From an uncultured bacterium (GTDB lineage Bacteria; Omnitrophota; Omnitrophia; Omnitrophales; Aquincolibacteriaceae), in the NCBI GenBank assembly GCA_964482725.1, contig CAYZYT010000007.1, forward strand, positions 87,945 to 151,944: DNA of 64,000 bases, written 5' to 3'. A model generated the notes under the pieces. The model had not been told where the DNA came from and did not search any database. It saw only the letters and a list, made by a program, of their open reading frames with translations. Position numbers and translations under genes: made by a program. Position 1 is the first letter of the stretch. Each line of letters starts with the position of its first letter. This document shows, one piece after another, positions 1 to 10,785 of the stretch.

Positions 1-8
1 TGGGCGTC

Positions 9-1019
9 ATGAAACTTGTTCGAACGATTATTTTTATTCTTCTCTTCGCCGTTGTCGTGGCGATATATCTTTTTCAAGTACGCCTCGCCAAACAAACTCT
101 TTTGATCATTCCCGATGAAGTGAACCGAACGGTTTCGATCTCCAAAAACGATCTGATCGATCGAGTGGAATTGAGCGATCATGTCCAAAAGACAAAGATC
201 GTGCTTCGGAAAAAGAATGGGGTTTGGGAGCTCGAGCGTCCGGTCCGCTATCCGGCGGAGAGCCCGGTCGTGGAAGGCTTTGTGATCGCGGCAAGGATGG
301 CATCCAAACAGCCGCGGTTGCGGGCTGAGAAAGAATGGGGAGAATACGGGCTTGCGAAACCGGAGTTTGAGATCCTGTTCGGTCTTCCCGGGAAAAGGGT
401 TGTGACACTTCTCATCGGTGCTCAGGCCCCTGTCGGGAAGGCGGTGTTTGCCCGATGGGCGGAGGAGCGCGGATTTTTTCTTTTGCCCCCTGAGATGAAG
501 TCGATGTTCCGTCAAAGCGTCTATGGACTGCGTCAAAAGCGCCTGTTCCGTGCTCCGGTCGAAACGATCCGGAAAATCTATGTGGAGATGGGGGAGCACA
601 GCTACGAGTGGAAAAAAGAGGGTTCTCAGTGGTATTGGTTTGAGCCCGTGGCGAAATTTGGCCAGAAGGTTCCGGCCGGGCGTATCGACCTTGTGCTGGA
701 AGGTCTCCAGAATCTTCATGTGAGAGAATTTCAGGACAACAACAAAAAGTCTAAAGCGGAGCTTGGGTTCTTCATGATCCATGATTGTATTTGGGTCGAG
801 TTCGAAGATGGGAAACGAGAAACATTTTATTTTGGAAATGAAGCCCCTGAGAAGAATGCCTATTACGGATTTCGTGAAGGTGAGGATGTGGTCTTTTTTG
901 TAGATCGGGCGAACGTGGTAGAGTTTTTTGACTTCATGCGAAATATCCGGGTGGAGGATCCAAAACTTGAGACGAAGGATCTGAGGCCGCAGACAAAGGA
1001 CTTAACCCCCAAGCCATGA
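9..1019 (+). CDS. DUF4340-like membrane-anchored exported protein
   Basis: N-terminal TM helix; 'EYGLAKPEFEI...LLIGAQAPVGKAVFAR' and a repeated 'AELG...FYFGN' pattern typical of DUF4340. Confidence 0.7.
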   Translation: MKLVRTIIFILLFAVVVAIYLFQVRLAKQTLLIIPDEVNRTVSISKNDLIDRVELSDHVQKTKIVLRKKNGVWELERPVRYPAESPVVEGFVIAARMASKQPRLRAEKEWGEYGLAKPEFEILFGLPGKRVVTLLIGAQAPVGKAVFARWAEERGFFLLPPEMKSMFRQSVYGLRQKRLFRAPVETIRKIYVEMGEHSYEWKKEGSQWYWFEPVAKFGQKVPAGRIDLVLEGLQNLHVREFQDNNKKSKAELGFFMIHDCIWVEFEDGKRETFYFGNEAPEKNAYYGFREGEDVVFFVDRANVVEFFDFMRNIRVEDPKLETKDLRPQTKDLTPKP

Positions 1020-1708
1020 ATATTCCCCAAGCTCTTCAAGAGCTTCAAGCTTCCATCGGCCAAACGGCTCTGCAATCGGGTCGTGCTCCTGGAGATGTTC
1101 AGCTTATCCTAGTGACAAAGACCGTCGAACCGCGGCTCGTCCTCGAGGCCTACCAGACGGGCCCAAGGGATTTCGGAGAGAACCGTGTCCAAGAGTGGCA
1201 GGAGAAAAAGGATGCGCTTCCTCGGGATATCCGTTGGCACTTGATCGGGCATCTTCAAACAAACAAAGTGAAGTCGGTGGTCGGCCAGATCGCGCTCATC
1301 CATTCGCTGGATCGACTTGAACTTGCGGATGCGATTGAGAAGCAGGCGAAGGTCAAAGGGATCGCGGAAGTTCCGTGCCTCCTGCAGGTCAACATGTCCG
1401 GAGAAGAAAGTAAGTTTGGGCTCGATCCGGCCGGCGCGGAAGATTTTTTAAAGCAAATGTCCCTGAGGCCGTCGGTCAAGATACGAGGGTTGATGAGCAT
1501 CGGACCGCTTACAGAAGATGAGGGGATGATCCGCGAGTGTTTTCGAAAGACTCGGGAGCTTCAGCAGGATTTAAAGAAGAAATTTCCCCACTTGAGCTTG
1601 GACATTCTTTCCATGGGGATGTCGGCCGATTACAGAATAGCTATTGAAGAAGGCGCAAATATGCTTAGAATTGGCTCTTTGGTCTTTCCGAGGGATGTTA
1701 ACAAATGA
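1016..1708 (+). CDS. yggS: PLP homeostasis protein, YggS family
   Basis: LILVTKT, FGENRVQE, WHLIGHLQTNK, LSMGMSADY, RIGS motifs; upstream of proC. Confidence 0.97.
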   Translation: MNIPQALQELQASIGQTALQSGRAPGDVQLILVTKTVEPRLVLEAYQTGPRDFGENRVQEWQEKKDALPRDIRWHLIGHLQTNKVKSVVGQIALIHSLDRLELADAIEKQAKVKGIAEVPCLLQVNMSGEESKFGLDPAGAEDFLKQMSLRPSVKIRGLMSIGPLTEDEGMIRECFRKTRELQQDLKKKFPHLSLDILSMGMSADYRIAIEEGANMLRIGSLVFPRDVNK

Positions 1709-2520
1709 AGACACTAGGGAATAAGAAGATCGGTGTTGCCGGCGTGGGAAATATGGGCGCCTCGATTCTGGAAGGTGTGCTCAGTAGGCGTCTTACAACT
1801 CCTTCCTGCGTATGGGTTTATGATAAGGCTGCGGCTAAGGCCCGATCTTTTGCTCGCCGGTATCATGTGGGGCAAGCCTCTTCCGTCGCGGAACTGCTGA
1901 AAAAGACGGATGTGGTGTTGCTCGCCATGAAGCCCCAGGATTTTTCTTTATTTGCAACAGAGAACCGTTCTTTTTTTAAGTCGGGGCAGTGCGTGATATC
2001 GATCCTGGCAGGTCTGACGACAGCAAAGATCAAAAAGGCTCTTGGTAAAAAACTTACGATTGTTCGGGTCATGCCGAACCTAGGTGCAAAGGTGGGCCAC
2101 TCCATGACCGTGATCTGCGGGCAGAACAAAACGGGCCTTTCTTTGGCTGAAACACTTTTCTCCGGATGCGGGGAAGTGGTGACGCTTCGGGAAAAAATGC
2201 TGGATCTTGTGACCGCGGTGAGTGGGAGCGGACCGGCCTACTTTTTCCATCTCATGGAGCTTTTAGCGGATTTTGGTGTAAAGCAGGGTCTTCCTCCCCA
2301 GGTGGCCGGTGTTTTGGCCGTTCAAACGGGACTGGGATCCGCGCTTTTGGCGAAGAGCTCCAAGGAATCCTGTGCACAGCTGCGGGAACGGGTGACCTCG
2401 AAAAAGGGGACCACGGAGGCTGCTTTGAAAGCGCTCAAGCGTAAAAAATTCGGATCTATTTTTCAATCAGCTCTCAAAGCCGCCATGAACCGGAGCCGCG
2501 CATTGCGGCAAGGGAGCTAA
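1705..2520 (+). CDS. proC: Pyrroline-5-carboxylate reductase
   Basis: GVGNMG, KPQ, RVMPN, SGSGPAY, VTSKKGTT motifs. Confidence 0.97.
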   Translation: MKTLGNKKIGVAGVGNMGASILEGVLSRRLTTPSCVWVYDKAAAKARSFARRYHVGQASSVAELLKKTDVVLLAMKPQDFSLFATENRSFFKSGQCVISILAGLTTAKIKKALGKKLTIVRVMPNLGAKVGHSMTVICGQNKTGLSLAETLFSGCGEVVTLREKMLDLVTAVSGSGPAYFFHLMELLADFGVKQGLPPQVAGVLAVQTGLGSALLAKSSKESCAQLRERVTSKKGTTEAALKALKRKKFGSIFQSALKAAMNRSRALRQGS

Positions 2521-2831
2521 TGTTTATTCTGGGGGAATTCTTTTACGCACTCGCGAACATCGTGAATTTTGTCGGGACAGCCATCTATTTTTTAATCATT
2601 GCCCGAGTGATCATCTCTTGGCTGTCGGCCGATCCTTATAATCCGATCGTTCAGTTTATCACCCAAATCACAGAGCCTGTTTTTTCGCTATGCCGCCGGT
2701 TGCCGCTCCGGATCGGAATGATGGATTTATCTCCGATCGTGGCTTTGGTCGCGGTCATTATGGTTCAAAGGATTCTGGTCGGGATATTGGTTTCCATGGC
2801 AAGTCGGTTCGGGTCTGCCCCCGGATTGTGA
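2520..2831 (+). CDS. yggT: YggT family membrane protein
   Basis: ISWL..DPYNPIVQFITQITEP and DLSPIV motifs; yggS-proC-yggT synteny. Confidence 0.93.
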   Translation: MFILGEFFYALANIVNFVGTAIYFLIIARVIISWLSADPYNPIVQFITQITEPVFSLCRRLPLRIGMMDLSPIVALVAVIMVQRILVGILVSMASRFGSAPGL

Positions 2832-2893
2832 AACTCCGGAAACTCGCGAGACCGATAGGGGTCTTTTAAAAATCAAAAGAAGGAGAGAAGCGA

Positions 2894-3742
2894 ATGCCGA
2901 TGAAATTTTTTTGTAAGAAGAAGACTTCCATGATGCAAAACATAGAAAAATGTTTGGCCTATATCCATCGAAGGACTTCTTTTCAGCCCGAGATCGCCTT
3001 GATCCTTGGAACCGGGCTTGGAGACCTCGCCAAGCGCATCAAAGCCGAAAAGGTCTTTCAATATGAGGAACTTCCTTTTTTCCCCAAGACCACGGTCCAG
3101 TCCCATAGCGGGAAACTTATTCTCGGTGAATTGGGTGGCAAGAAAGTTGCGGCCATGGAGGGCCGGTTCCATTTTTACGAAGGGTATTCTCTCGAGGAAG
3201 TGACGTTTCCGGTTCGGGTGCTCCGGCAATTAGGGGCGAAGATCCTGGTCGTTTCGAACGCTGCGGGGGGCTTGAACCTCAGCTACAAAAAAGGCGAGAT
3301 CGTCACCATTACGGACCAAATCAATTTTATGGGTGTGAATCCGCTGGTGGGACCGAATGAGGAGAAACTCGGCCCCCGGTTCCCGGACATGTATGAACCG
3401 TATTCGAAGCGGCTGGTGGAATTGACGGCGCTTGCAGCCCAAGAAGCCCGGGTCGCGATCAATCGGGGTGTTTATATCGGGGTGACGGGGCCTTGCCTTG
3501 AAACACGCGCGGAGTATCGCATGATGCGTCAATGGGGCGCGGATCTTGTCGGGATGTCCACGGTGCCGGAGGTGATCGTGGCCACGCATATGGGCATGGA
3601 AGTGTTGGGGGTCAGTGTGGTGACGGATGTTTGCGATCCGGATCATCTAGAACCCTGTGATATTAAGGAAATCATCAAGACCGCCAACGAGGCGGGACCG
3701 AAGCTGGATAAATTGATCACGGCAGCGATTTCCAAGTTCTAA
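2894..3742 (+). CDS. punA: Purine-nucleoside phosphorylase (trimeric type)
   Basis: ILGTGLG, GRFHFYEG, SNAAGG, GPCLET.AE, VGMSTVPE; start could be 2930. Confidence 0.95.
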   Translation: MPMKFFCKKKTSMMQNIEKCLAYIHRRTSFQPEIALILGTGLGDLAKRIKAEKVFQYEELPFFPKTTVQSHSGKLILGELGGKKVAAMEGRFHFYEGYSLEEVTFPVRVLRQLGAKILVVSNAAGGLNLSYKKGEIVTITDQINFMGVNPLVGPNEEKLGPRFPDMYEPYSKRLVELTALAAQEARVAINRGVYIGVTGPCLETRAEYRMMRQWGADLVGMSTVPEVIVATHMGMEVLGVSVVTDVCDPDHLEPCDIKEIIKTANEAGPKLDKLITAAISKF

Positions 3743-3810
3743 GTACCAGGTACTATGTGCCAAGTACGGATGCATAACGAGTACTTAGCATATGGTACAT
3801 AGTACTTGGT
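3734..3810. repeat. Heptamer-periodic inverted array
   Basis: aagttct aagtacc aggtact atgtgcc aagtacg ... agtactt agcatat ggtacat agtactt; 3745-3762 is a 16/18 reverse complement of 3793-3810. Confidence 0.75.
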
Positions 3811-3820
3811 GAAAGAAAAA

Positions 3821-6649
3821 ATGAGCGAAGCGAAGAATTATAAAGACACACTTAATCTTCCGCAAACGCCTTTTCCCATGAAAGCGAATCTGGCTCAGCG
3901 CGAGCCGGAAATGCTTAAAAACTGGGAGGCCGAAGGTGTGTATGCTGCGATCCGCGCGAAGTCCGCGGGCAAGCCCAAGTATGTCCTTCATGATGGTCCT
4001 CCCTACGCGAATGGTCACATCCATATCGGGCACGCGCTCAATAAGGTTTTAAAAGACCTCATCGTGAAATACCAGACCATGCGCGGCCATGACGCGCTTT
4101 ATGTTCCGGGCTGGGACTGCCACGGGCTTCCGATCGAACATGCCTGCTTAAAAGAAATGGGCAAGCGCAAAGAGGAAGTGGACCGGGTTGAGTTTCGCCA
4201 GCAAGCACGAAAATATGCGGAAAGATTCGTGGAGATCCAGCGCGAAGGGTTCAAAAGGCTCGGGATCTTCGGGGAGTGGGACCAGCCCTACCTGACCATG
4301 AACTACGGGTATCAGACTTCGATCGCAGCATCTTTCCTTAAGCTTTATGAGGACGGTTTCATCGAACAACGCTTGAAACCCGTTCCTTGGTGCTATGACT
4401 GCGATACGGCGCTGGCGGAAGCCGAGCTTGAATACGAAGATAAGATCTCCAAATCGGTCTATGTGAAATTCCCCTTGGAAGATTCCAAGAACCTTCTTCA
4501 GCTTCCTTCCGGGACGACGGTCTCTTTGTTGGTATGGACCACTACGCCTTGGACTTTGCCGGCGAATGTCGGAGCGGCCGTGCATCCGGAGCTCGAATAC
4601 GGGATTTTTCAAAAAGGGAACGAGGCTTTTATCTTCGCCAGGGCCCTTGAGCAGAAACTAAAAGACAAGATCGACCTCAGTGGCTTCAAGGGCGTCAAGT
4701 CCGTGACCGGGCAGGAACTCAAGGGGCTGGAATATCAGCACCCTTTTTTGGGCCGAAAAGGAAAAGTGATTACGGCGGATTATGTGTCAAGTGAGGACGG
4801 CACGGGGATCGTCCATATCGCGCCGGGACACGGGGAAGACGACTATAAGCACGGACATCTGGAGCACGGCTTGCCGATCCTTTCCCCCGTGGATTCGAGG
4901 GGGAAGTTCACTGAAGAATTCTCTTTTTGCAAAGGCGAGCATGTCTTTAAAGCTAATCCCAAGATCACAGCTCTCTTAGCCGAGAAAGGGTTACTTCTGA
5001 AAGAGGAAGACTACCCGCACAGTTACCCGCATTGTTGGCGCTGCAAAAAGCCGATCCTTTTCCGTGCGACCACGCAATGGTTCATGAAGATCGACCATCA
5101 AGATCTACGCAAACGCATGCGCGGGGCTATCGAGAAAGACATCCAGTTCATTCCCGATTGGGGCAAGAACCGTATCGGGGCTATGGTGGAAACGCGCCCC
5201 GAATGGTGTCTCTCCCGTCAGCGGTATTGGGGCGTGCCGATCCCGGTGATCCGTTGCAAGCATTGCACGGGGGTGCACTTCGTCAAGGAATCCAAGGCGA
5301 AGATCCTGGAGCTGTTTGAAAAAGAGGGGGCGGACGCTTGGTTCGCGCATCCGGCGGAAGCCTTTCTTCCCCCAAACATCCAATGCCCGAAATGTCACAA
5401 AAGCGAATTTGAAAAAGAAACCGATATTATTGATGTCTGGTTCGATTCGGGAGTGAGCCATCAAGCCGTGCTCCACCGGCATCCGGGACTTCGGTATCCC
5501 GCCGACCTTTATCTCGAGGGTTCCGACCAGCACCGGGGGTGGTTCCAAAGCGCGCTCACCACTTCAATGGCGCTTGAGAACAAAAGTCCGTTCAAGAGCG
5601 TTCTGACCCATGGGTTCGTCATGGATGGCCAGGGGAAGAAGATGTCAAAATCCGCGGGCAATGTCGTGACCCCTCAGGATGTGATGAAAGAATTCGGGGC
5701 CGACGTGCTTCGTCTTTGGGTGACCTCCTGCGATTACCAGTTCGATGTCCGGCTTTCCAATGAGATCTTAAAACAGCTGGTGGATACCTACCGCAAGATC
5801 CGTAATACGTTCCGCTATTTTCTCTCGAATCTTTATGATTTTGAGCCCGCGAAACATGCCGTTTCTTATGAAAAGCTGCATTCCCTCGATCGATGGGCGA
5901 TGGCCAAGGCCGATCATTTGGTTGCGTCAGTGACGGATCTCTACGAACGCTTTGAATTCCATGAGATCTATCGCGAGGTCTACGATTTCTGCGTGGTGGA
6001 CTTGAGCGCTTATTACCTGGATGCTTTGAAGGATACTCTCTATACCGCGGCCCCGGATTCCTGGCTTCGCCGCTCCGCCCAGACGGCGTTCTTTTATATC
6101 CTGTCGCGCTTGGTGAAGATCGTGGCACCTATTTTGCCGTTCACTGCCGATGAGGTTTGGAAATCGTACAAGCTCGAAGAAGGTGTCACGACGGTTCATG
6201 CAAGCTCCTGGCCTGTTGCCTCGGGCGTTAAAACGGGGAATGATTTCCGCGATTGGGAACATCTCCGTGAGGTCCGTAATGCGATCACTCCTTTCCTTGA
6301 AAAAAAGCGCGAGGCCAAGGAGATCGGGGCGGGGCTTGAGGCGAAGGTGATCTTCACTGCAGAAGATCCGGAATCAGCCGAAATATTACACAAATATGAA
6401 AAAGAGCTTGCTCGTGTCTTTGTCGTGTCCCAGGTTGTTCTGGAAACAAAACCCGTAGAGGGGATGGAGGCGGCCGAAGGTCTTTCCTCGGCGCTCCAGA
6501 AGAAATTCGGGTTGCAGGTCCTTGTGACCAAAGCGGAAGGTTCAAAATGCGTTCGTTGCTGGAATTACTCGTCCTCCCTCGGTCAGGATCCTGAGCATGC
6601 TGCGCTCTGTCCTAAATGCGTTGAAGCGATCCGGGGAAGCCAATCGTGA
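3821..6649 (+). CDS. ileS: Isoleucine--tRNA ligase (IleRS1 type)
   Basis: [38 protein letters not shown]-terminal CVRC...CPKC Zn finger. Confidence 0.99.
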   Translation: MSEAKNYKDTLNLPQTPFPMKANLAQREPEMLKNWEAEGVYAAIRAKSAGKPKYVLHDGPPYANGHIHIGHALNKVLKDLIVKYQTMRGHDALYVPGWDCHGLPIEHACLKEMGKRKEEVDRVEFRQQARKYAERFVEIQREGFKRLGIFGEWDQPYLTMNYGYQTSIAASFLKLYEDGFIEQRLKPVPWCYDCDTALAEAELEYEDKISKSVYVKFPLEDSKNLLQLPSGTTVSLLVWTTTPWTLPANVGAAVHPELEYGIFQKGNEAFIFARALEQKLKDKIDLSGFKGVKSVTGQELKGLEYQHPFLGRKGKVITADYVSSEDGTGIVHIAPGHGEDDYKHGHLEHGLPILSPVDSRGKFTEEFSFCKGEHVFKANPKITALLAEKGLLLKEEDYPHSYPHCWRCKKPILFRATTQWFMKIDHQDLRKRMRGAIEKDIQFIPDWGKNRIGAMVETRPEWCLSRQRYWGVPIPVIRCKHCTGVHFVKESKAKILELFEKEGADAWFAHPAEAFLPPNIQCPKCHKSEFEKETDIIDVWFDSGVSHQAVLHRHPGLRYPADLYLEGSDQHRGWFQSALTTSMALENKSPFKSVLTHGFVMDGQGKKMSKSAGNVVTPQDVMKEFGADVLRLWVTSCDYQFDVRLSNEILKQLVDTYRKIRNTFRYFLSNLYDFEPAKHAVSYEKLHSLDRWAMAKADHLVASVTDLYERFEFHEIYREVYDFCVVDLSAYYLDALKDTLYTAAPDSWLRRSAQTAFFYILSRLVKIVAPILPFTADEVWKSYKLEEGVTTVHASSWPVASGVKTGNDFRDWEHLREVRNAITPFLEKKREAKEIGAGLEAKVIFTAEDPESAEILHKYEKELARVFVVSQVVLETKPVEGMEAAEGLSSALQKKFGLQVLVTKAEGSKCVRCWNYSSSLGQDPEHAALCPKCVEAIRGSQS

Positions 6650-6694
6650 AACAAAGGGGATCCCCCCATTTTTAAAAAAGATGCTTCGTCCCAT

Positions 6695-8230
6695 GTGAGA
6701 ACTCCGAAGACGGTCCTGAAAAAGGTTCTGGTCGGTCTTGTGCTCTTCTTCTTGGGAGCTTTGGCCGCTTACCTGCTTCCTTTCCTGATCCCTGCCTCCG
6801 GCATTTCGAATCCCTGGGTGCACCATCCGCTGCTTCCGATCCTCGTGATGACCGTGATCTTTGTGACGGCCTATAAATCCACGGAACGGTTGGTTAAGAA
6901 ATTTCTCGAAAAGTATTTCTTCCATAAAAAAACATTTGCTCAGATGACCTTGATGGATCTGGCGGGCGATCTTGCCGTGAATTTAGACCTTCAGGAGATC
7001 TCGAACCTGGTGGTGAATACGTTCGGTGAGGTTTTGCAGCTGAAGACCGTGGCACTGCTCGTTTCGGATCCGCTCCAAAATAATTTTGAGGTCGCGTCAG
7101 CTTATGGATGGACGATCTCGGCTTCCAAAAAGATCCGTCTCGCGGCGGATACGCCGCTTTTAAGAGCGATCCATCAGACGGGACCCCATGTCCTGATGCG
7201 CGGTCCGATCCTTCAGAGCCTTTCCTGGCAGGAAGCGACTGCCCTGGCGCGTGATCTTGATTCTTTGCAAGCCGCCTGGGTCATTCCGCTGTTCGTGAAA
7301 GGGGAGCTCGTGGGGCTTCTCGCGTTCGGGGCGCTAGTGCCGGATACCGTGTTTGACCAGGGGGACTTCCATTTCTTCCGGGAATTTGCAGCCGCGATCG
7401 CTCCTTGTGTGCATAACGCCTTGGTGGTGAAACGGTTGAGGCAGCTTAATTTTGAGTTACAGGATTCTCAATCCCATTGGGTCCAGAAAACAAAATTGAA
7501 CGCGATCGAGAAGTTGGCCGCCGGGATTGCTCATGAGATCCATAATCCTTTAGCCATCATTTCCGGAAAGGCCCAGGTTCTGCTCATGCAAAAAGGGCCC
7601 AAGCAGCTTGAGACGAATGTTCAGGACGCGCTTAATACGATAGTGAAGCAAACGCGCCGGGCGGCCGATATAACAAGGAAGCTTTTGATGTATTCTCAGG
7701 GGTCTCGGGGGCCGCAAGAGGGGATCTTTCTGGAAAAAGTGCTGGATGAGACACTTTCGCTTTTGGCCTATCAGGCTTCGATCGATAAGATCGAGATCGT
7801 CAGGAATCTGGACCCGGAGCTGCCGGCGTTTTTTGGGAATATGCAGGAGATGCGGGAGATCTTCCTCAATCTGCTTCTGAATGCCGTGGAAGCGGTGGGG
7901 ACCGAGGGGAAGATCGTTGTGGAATTGAAGTATCGCCGGGATGAGGAGCTTATTGAAATCGTGTGTTCGGACACGGGGAAAGGGATCCCGGCCGAACATC
8001 TTGATAATGTTTTCAATCCGTTCTACACCACGCGCCACGAAGCGGTGGGACTCGGACTTTTCGTGACCAAACAGATCGTGCATCGCTGTGGCGGCTCGAT
8101 CCGCGTTGAAAGTCAGGTGGGGGTCGGCAGCATGTTCATCCTTCAATTGCCGTACGTGGCAGAAACGGCAAGGAATGCGGATGCGGAAAAGGCTGGCGGA
8201 TCGTTTTTGGGGGCCCGAAGAGAATTTTGA
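6695..8230 (+). CDS. Membrane-anchored GAF-domain sensor histidine kinase
   Basis: 2 TM helices, GAF-like region (IPLFVKGELVGLLAFG), H-box AHEIHNPL, N-box NLLLNA, DTGKGI, GLGL. Confidence 0.92.
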   Translation: MRTPKTVLKKVLVGLVLFFLGALAAYLLPFLIPASGISNPWVHHPLLPILVMTVIFVTAYKSTERLVKKFLEKYFFHKKTFAQMTLMDLAGDLAVNLDLQEISNLVVNTFGEVLQLKTVALLVSDPLQNNFEVASAYGWTISASKKIRLAADTPLLRAIHQTGPHVLMRGPILQSLSWQEATALARDLDSLQAAWVIPLFVKGELVGLLAFGALVPDTVFDQGDFHFFREFAAAIAPCVHNALVVKRLRQLNFELQDSQSHWVQKTKLNAIEKLAAGIAHEIHNPLAIISGKAQVLLMQKGPKQLETNVQDALNTIVKQTRRAADITRKLLMYSQGSRGPQEGIFLEKVLDETLSLLAYQASIDKIEIVRNLDPELPAFFGNMQEMREIFLNLLLNAVEAVGTEGKIVVELKYRRDEELIEIVCSDTGKGIPAEHLDNVFNPFYTTRHEAVGLGLFVTKQIVHRCGGSIRVESQVGVGSMFILQLPYVAETARNADAEKAGGSFLGARREF

Positions 8231-8291
8231 AGGTGAACCTGAAATGTTTTCAATCAATGTCAAACCACACTCACGCGGGAGGAATGCCAAG

Positions 8292-8666
8292 ATGAATAAA
8301 TTATTGATCGTGGATGACGAGATCGAGATCTGTGAATTCTTAAAATCTTTTTTTGAGGACCGCGATTTTAACGTTGCGGTGGCGCATGACGGGAACCAAG
8401 CCCTTGAACAGATGACTCTTTTTCATCCGGAGGTCGTGCTCCTGGATATTCAGATGCCGGGGCTGGACGGTCTTCAAACGTTGAAAAAGATCAAGGAATT
8501 GTATCCCAAGGCGAAGGTCATCATGGTGACTGCCGTGGAGACTCAGGAGAAGATCGAGGAAGCGATGAGGCTTGGAGCGGATAACTACATCACCAAGCCG
8601 TTGAGTCTTGAGTATCTTGAAAAAGATGTTCAGGACAAGATCGATATTCTTGCCAAGGGTTGCTAA
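8292..8666 (+). CDS. Single-domain response regulator
   Basis: LIVDDE, LLDIQMPGLDG, VTA, YITKP; GGGAGG RBS upstream of ATG 8292. Confidence 0.93.
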   Translation: MNKLLIVDDEIEICEFLKSFFEDRDFNVAVAHDGNQALEQMTLFHPEVVLLDIQMPGLDGLQTLKKIKELYPKAKVIMVTAVETQEKIEEAMRLGADNYITKPLSLEYLEKDVQDKIDILAKGC

Positions 8667-8845
8667 TCTTCCAGGGCCCTCGGGAGATGTCCCGGTCCGG
8701 TTTTCGTTGAATGGTGAGTAAAAGTAATACCTCTCTGTCGGAGTTTTTGCGTCCTGGATTTCTGTTGCTCAAAAAAATGGGAGTTCTTGCTTGTCTTTAG
8801 AGTGAGGCCCCAGGAAAAAATCCCGCATGACGGGAGAGATTTTTT

Positions 8846-10120
8846 ATGACGACAAAAGGGAATCCTTCGAACGCCTCCAAATTCAATTATCAGGAAGTCC
8901 TTCGGGATGTGGCTCGAAGCATGGTGCGTCTCAAACGGCCGGACCGTCTTCTCAAGCTCATCACACGCTTCATCGACCGGCAGTTTGGTCTCGCGCATGC
9001 CTCCCTCCTGATCTTCGATCCGAAGAAGGACCACTATGCCTTCGTCAATTCGAAAGGGACTAAACGTCTCCCGATGGGGCTTGTGAAATTTGATGCGAAA
9101 CATCCTCTTGTCCAGTGGTTCTCGGGATTTCAGAAGAAGCTTCCGGTCCAGAAAGATTTTCTTTTTCTTTCCGATGTGAATAAAATGCTTTCCCGCGCGG
9201 AATTCCGGATGGCCTCCAATTCTAAGGGAGATCAGCTCCTGGGAATCCAGAAGACGATGCAGGATCTGAAGGTGGATTTGCTAGTGCCCGGTTATTTTAA
9301 GGATACGCTCGTGGGGTTGTTGATGCTGGGGCGGCGCGTGAACGGCCGTTGTTTCACCACGCAAGAAGTCACGTTCTTCCAGACGCTTGCGCATGATTGC
9401 TCCATGGCGGTTAAGACTGCGGAATATAACCAAAATCTTGTCGAGCAGAATCAAGAGCTTGCGAGGCGTCTTGAAGAGATCGAGAGAATGCGCAATAAGG
9501 AACAACGGACCTATTATGAGATCATGCGCTCGCTCGCCGAAGAGGTTCACGCCAAGGAGCCTTATATTTTTGGCCATGTCTCGGAAGTGGAACGCCTTGG
9601 TATGATGACGGCGCGCGAAATGGGGATGGACCTTTCCGGGGCGAAAAAGGACCTGCTTTCCGCGGCGCTCATCTTGCATGATGTCGGAAAGATTGGGATC
9701 CCGGATAATATCCTCTGTAAGCCGGGGCAGTTGACCCAGGAGGAGTGGCGGGTCATGAAGACCCATGTGGAAAAAGGGGCCAGGATCCTTGAACCGCTGA
9801 CGGATTTCAAAAAGGTCCGCGAGATCATTATGGCGCATCACGAGCGTTTTGACGGGAGCGGGTATCCTCGAGGGCTCAAGGGGGATGAGATCTCGATCGA
9901 AGCGCGCATCATCTGCGTGGTGGATAGTTTTCACGCCATCGTTTCGTCCCGGTGCTACCGGGAAGGACGGTCGATTGATTTTGCCATCCATGAGGTCCAG
10001 AATTGCGCGGGCGCCCAGTTCGATCCGGTCGTCGTCGATGCCTTTTTGAGGGCCTTGAAGAAGGAACTTCAGAAAAAAGGCGAGATCCCAAGTGCTTTGG
10101 CCGAATACGCCGCTGATTAA
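8846..10120 (+). CDS. GAF + HD-GYP cyclic dinucleotide phosphodiesterase
   Basis: LHDVGKIG, HHERFDGSGYPRGL, QFDP motifs; N-terminal GAF-like region and coiled coil. Confidence 0.92.
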   Translation: MTTKGNPSNASKFNYQEVLRDVARSMVRLKRPDRLLKLITRFIDRQFGLAHASLLIFDPKKDHYAFVNSKGTKRLPMGLVKFDAKHPLVQWFSGFQKKLPVQKDFLFLSDVNKMLSRAEFRMASNSKGDQLLGIQKTMQDLKVDLLVPGYFKDTLVGLLMLGRRVNGRCFTTQEVTFFQTLAHDCSMAVKTAEYNQNLVEQNQELARRLEEIERMRNKEQRTYYEIMRSLAEEVHAKEPYIFGHVSEVERLGMMTAREMGMDLSGAKKDLLSAALILHDVGKIGIPDNILCKPGQLTQEEWRVMKTHVEKGARILEPLTDFKKVREIIMAHHERFDGSGYPRGLKGDEISIEARIICVVDSFHAIVSSRCYREGRSIDFAIHEVQNCAGAQFDPVVVDAFLRALKKELQKKGEIPSALAEYAAD

Positions 10121-10146
10121 TCGCCTTATTTTTGTGGACTTATCGC

Positions 10147-10175
10147 TTGCGTCTCCCATAGGGCATCAGTATAAT
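10147..10175 (+). promoter_or_regulatory. Sigma70-type promoter of dksA-lspA-lgt-rluD
   Basis: TTGCGT-17bp-TATAAT. Confidence 0.7.
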
Positions 10176-10248
10176 GCCGCCTCAATTGTATAAGGGCGAA
10201 GGCGAACCGCGTGACGTTTCAATTTCAAGGAAAGTGAGTTAAACCTTT

Positions 10249-10785
10249 ATGTCAAAAACCAAGAGAACTTCTAAAAAATCTGCTAAGAAATCCGTGAAAA
10301 AGTCTTCTAAGAAATCCGTGAAAAAGGCTATCAAGAAATCCGTGAAAAAGTCTTCCAAGAAATCCGTGAAAAAAGCTGTTAAGAAACCGGCTAAAACTCT
10401 GAAAATAAAACGCCTTTCAAAGAGGGAGCTGGATATTTATAAAAAGATGCTTTTTCAGCTGCGCGGGAAGATCGCCGGAGATCTTCAGCAGATCGAAGGA
10501 GATACACTGAGCGGGAATCAGCCCAGTAACGCCGGGGAACTCTCAGATGTGGCGGACATGGCGACTGACAATTATGACCGGGAGCTTAACATCGGTTTAG
10601 CGACCAACGAGCAGCAGCTCTTGAACGATATTGATGTGGCCCTCAAAAGGATTGAGGAGGGCACCTACGGTATCTGCGAGATTTACGGAACTGCGATCCC
10701 CAAGAAACGTCTTTTGGCCATGCCCTACACTCGTCTTTCGATGAAGGCCCAGGAAGAAGAGGAGAAGAACCAACGTCGTCCGTGA
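10249..10785 (+). CDS. dksA: DksA/TraR family protein with Lys-rich N-terminal repeats
   Basis: DVADMA (DxxDxA tip) and ALKRIEEGTYGICE..G.AIPKKRLLAMP. Confidence 0.88.
   Translation: MSKTKRTSKKSAKKSVKKSSKKSVKKAIKKSVKKSSKKSVKKAVKKPAKTLKIKRLSKRELDIYKKMLFQLRGKIAGDLQQIEGDTLSGNQPSNAGELSDVADMATDNYDRELNIGLATNEQQLLNDIDVALKRIEEGTYGICEIYGTAIPKKRLLAMPYTRLSMKAQEEEEKNQRRP
10285..10380 (+). repeat. 24-bp coding tandem repeat x4 (KKSVKKxx)
   Basis: aagaaatccgtgaaaaa at 10285, 10309, 10333, 10357. Confidence 0.92.
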
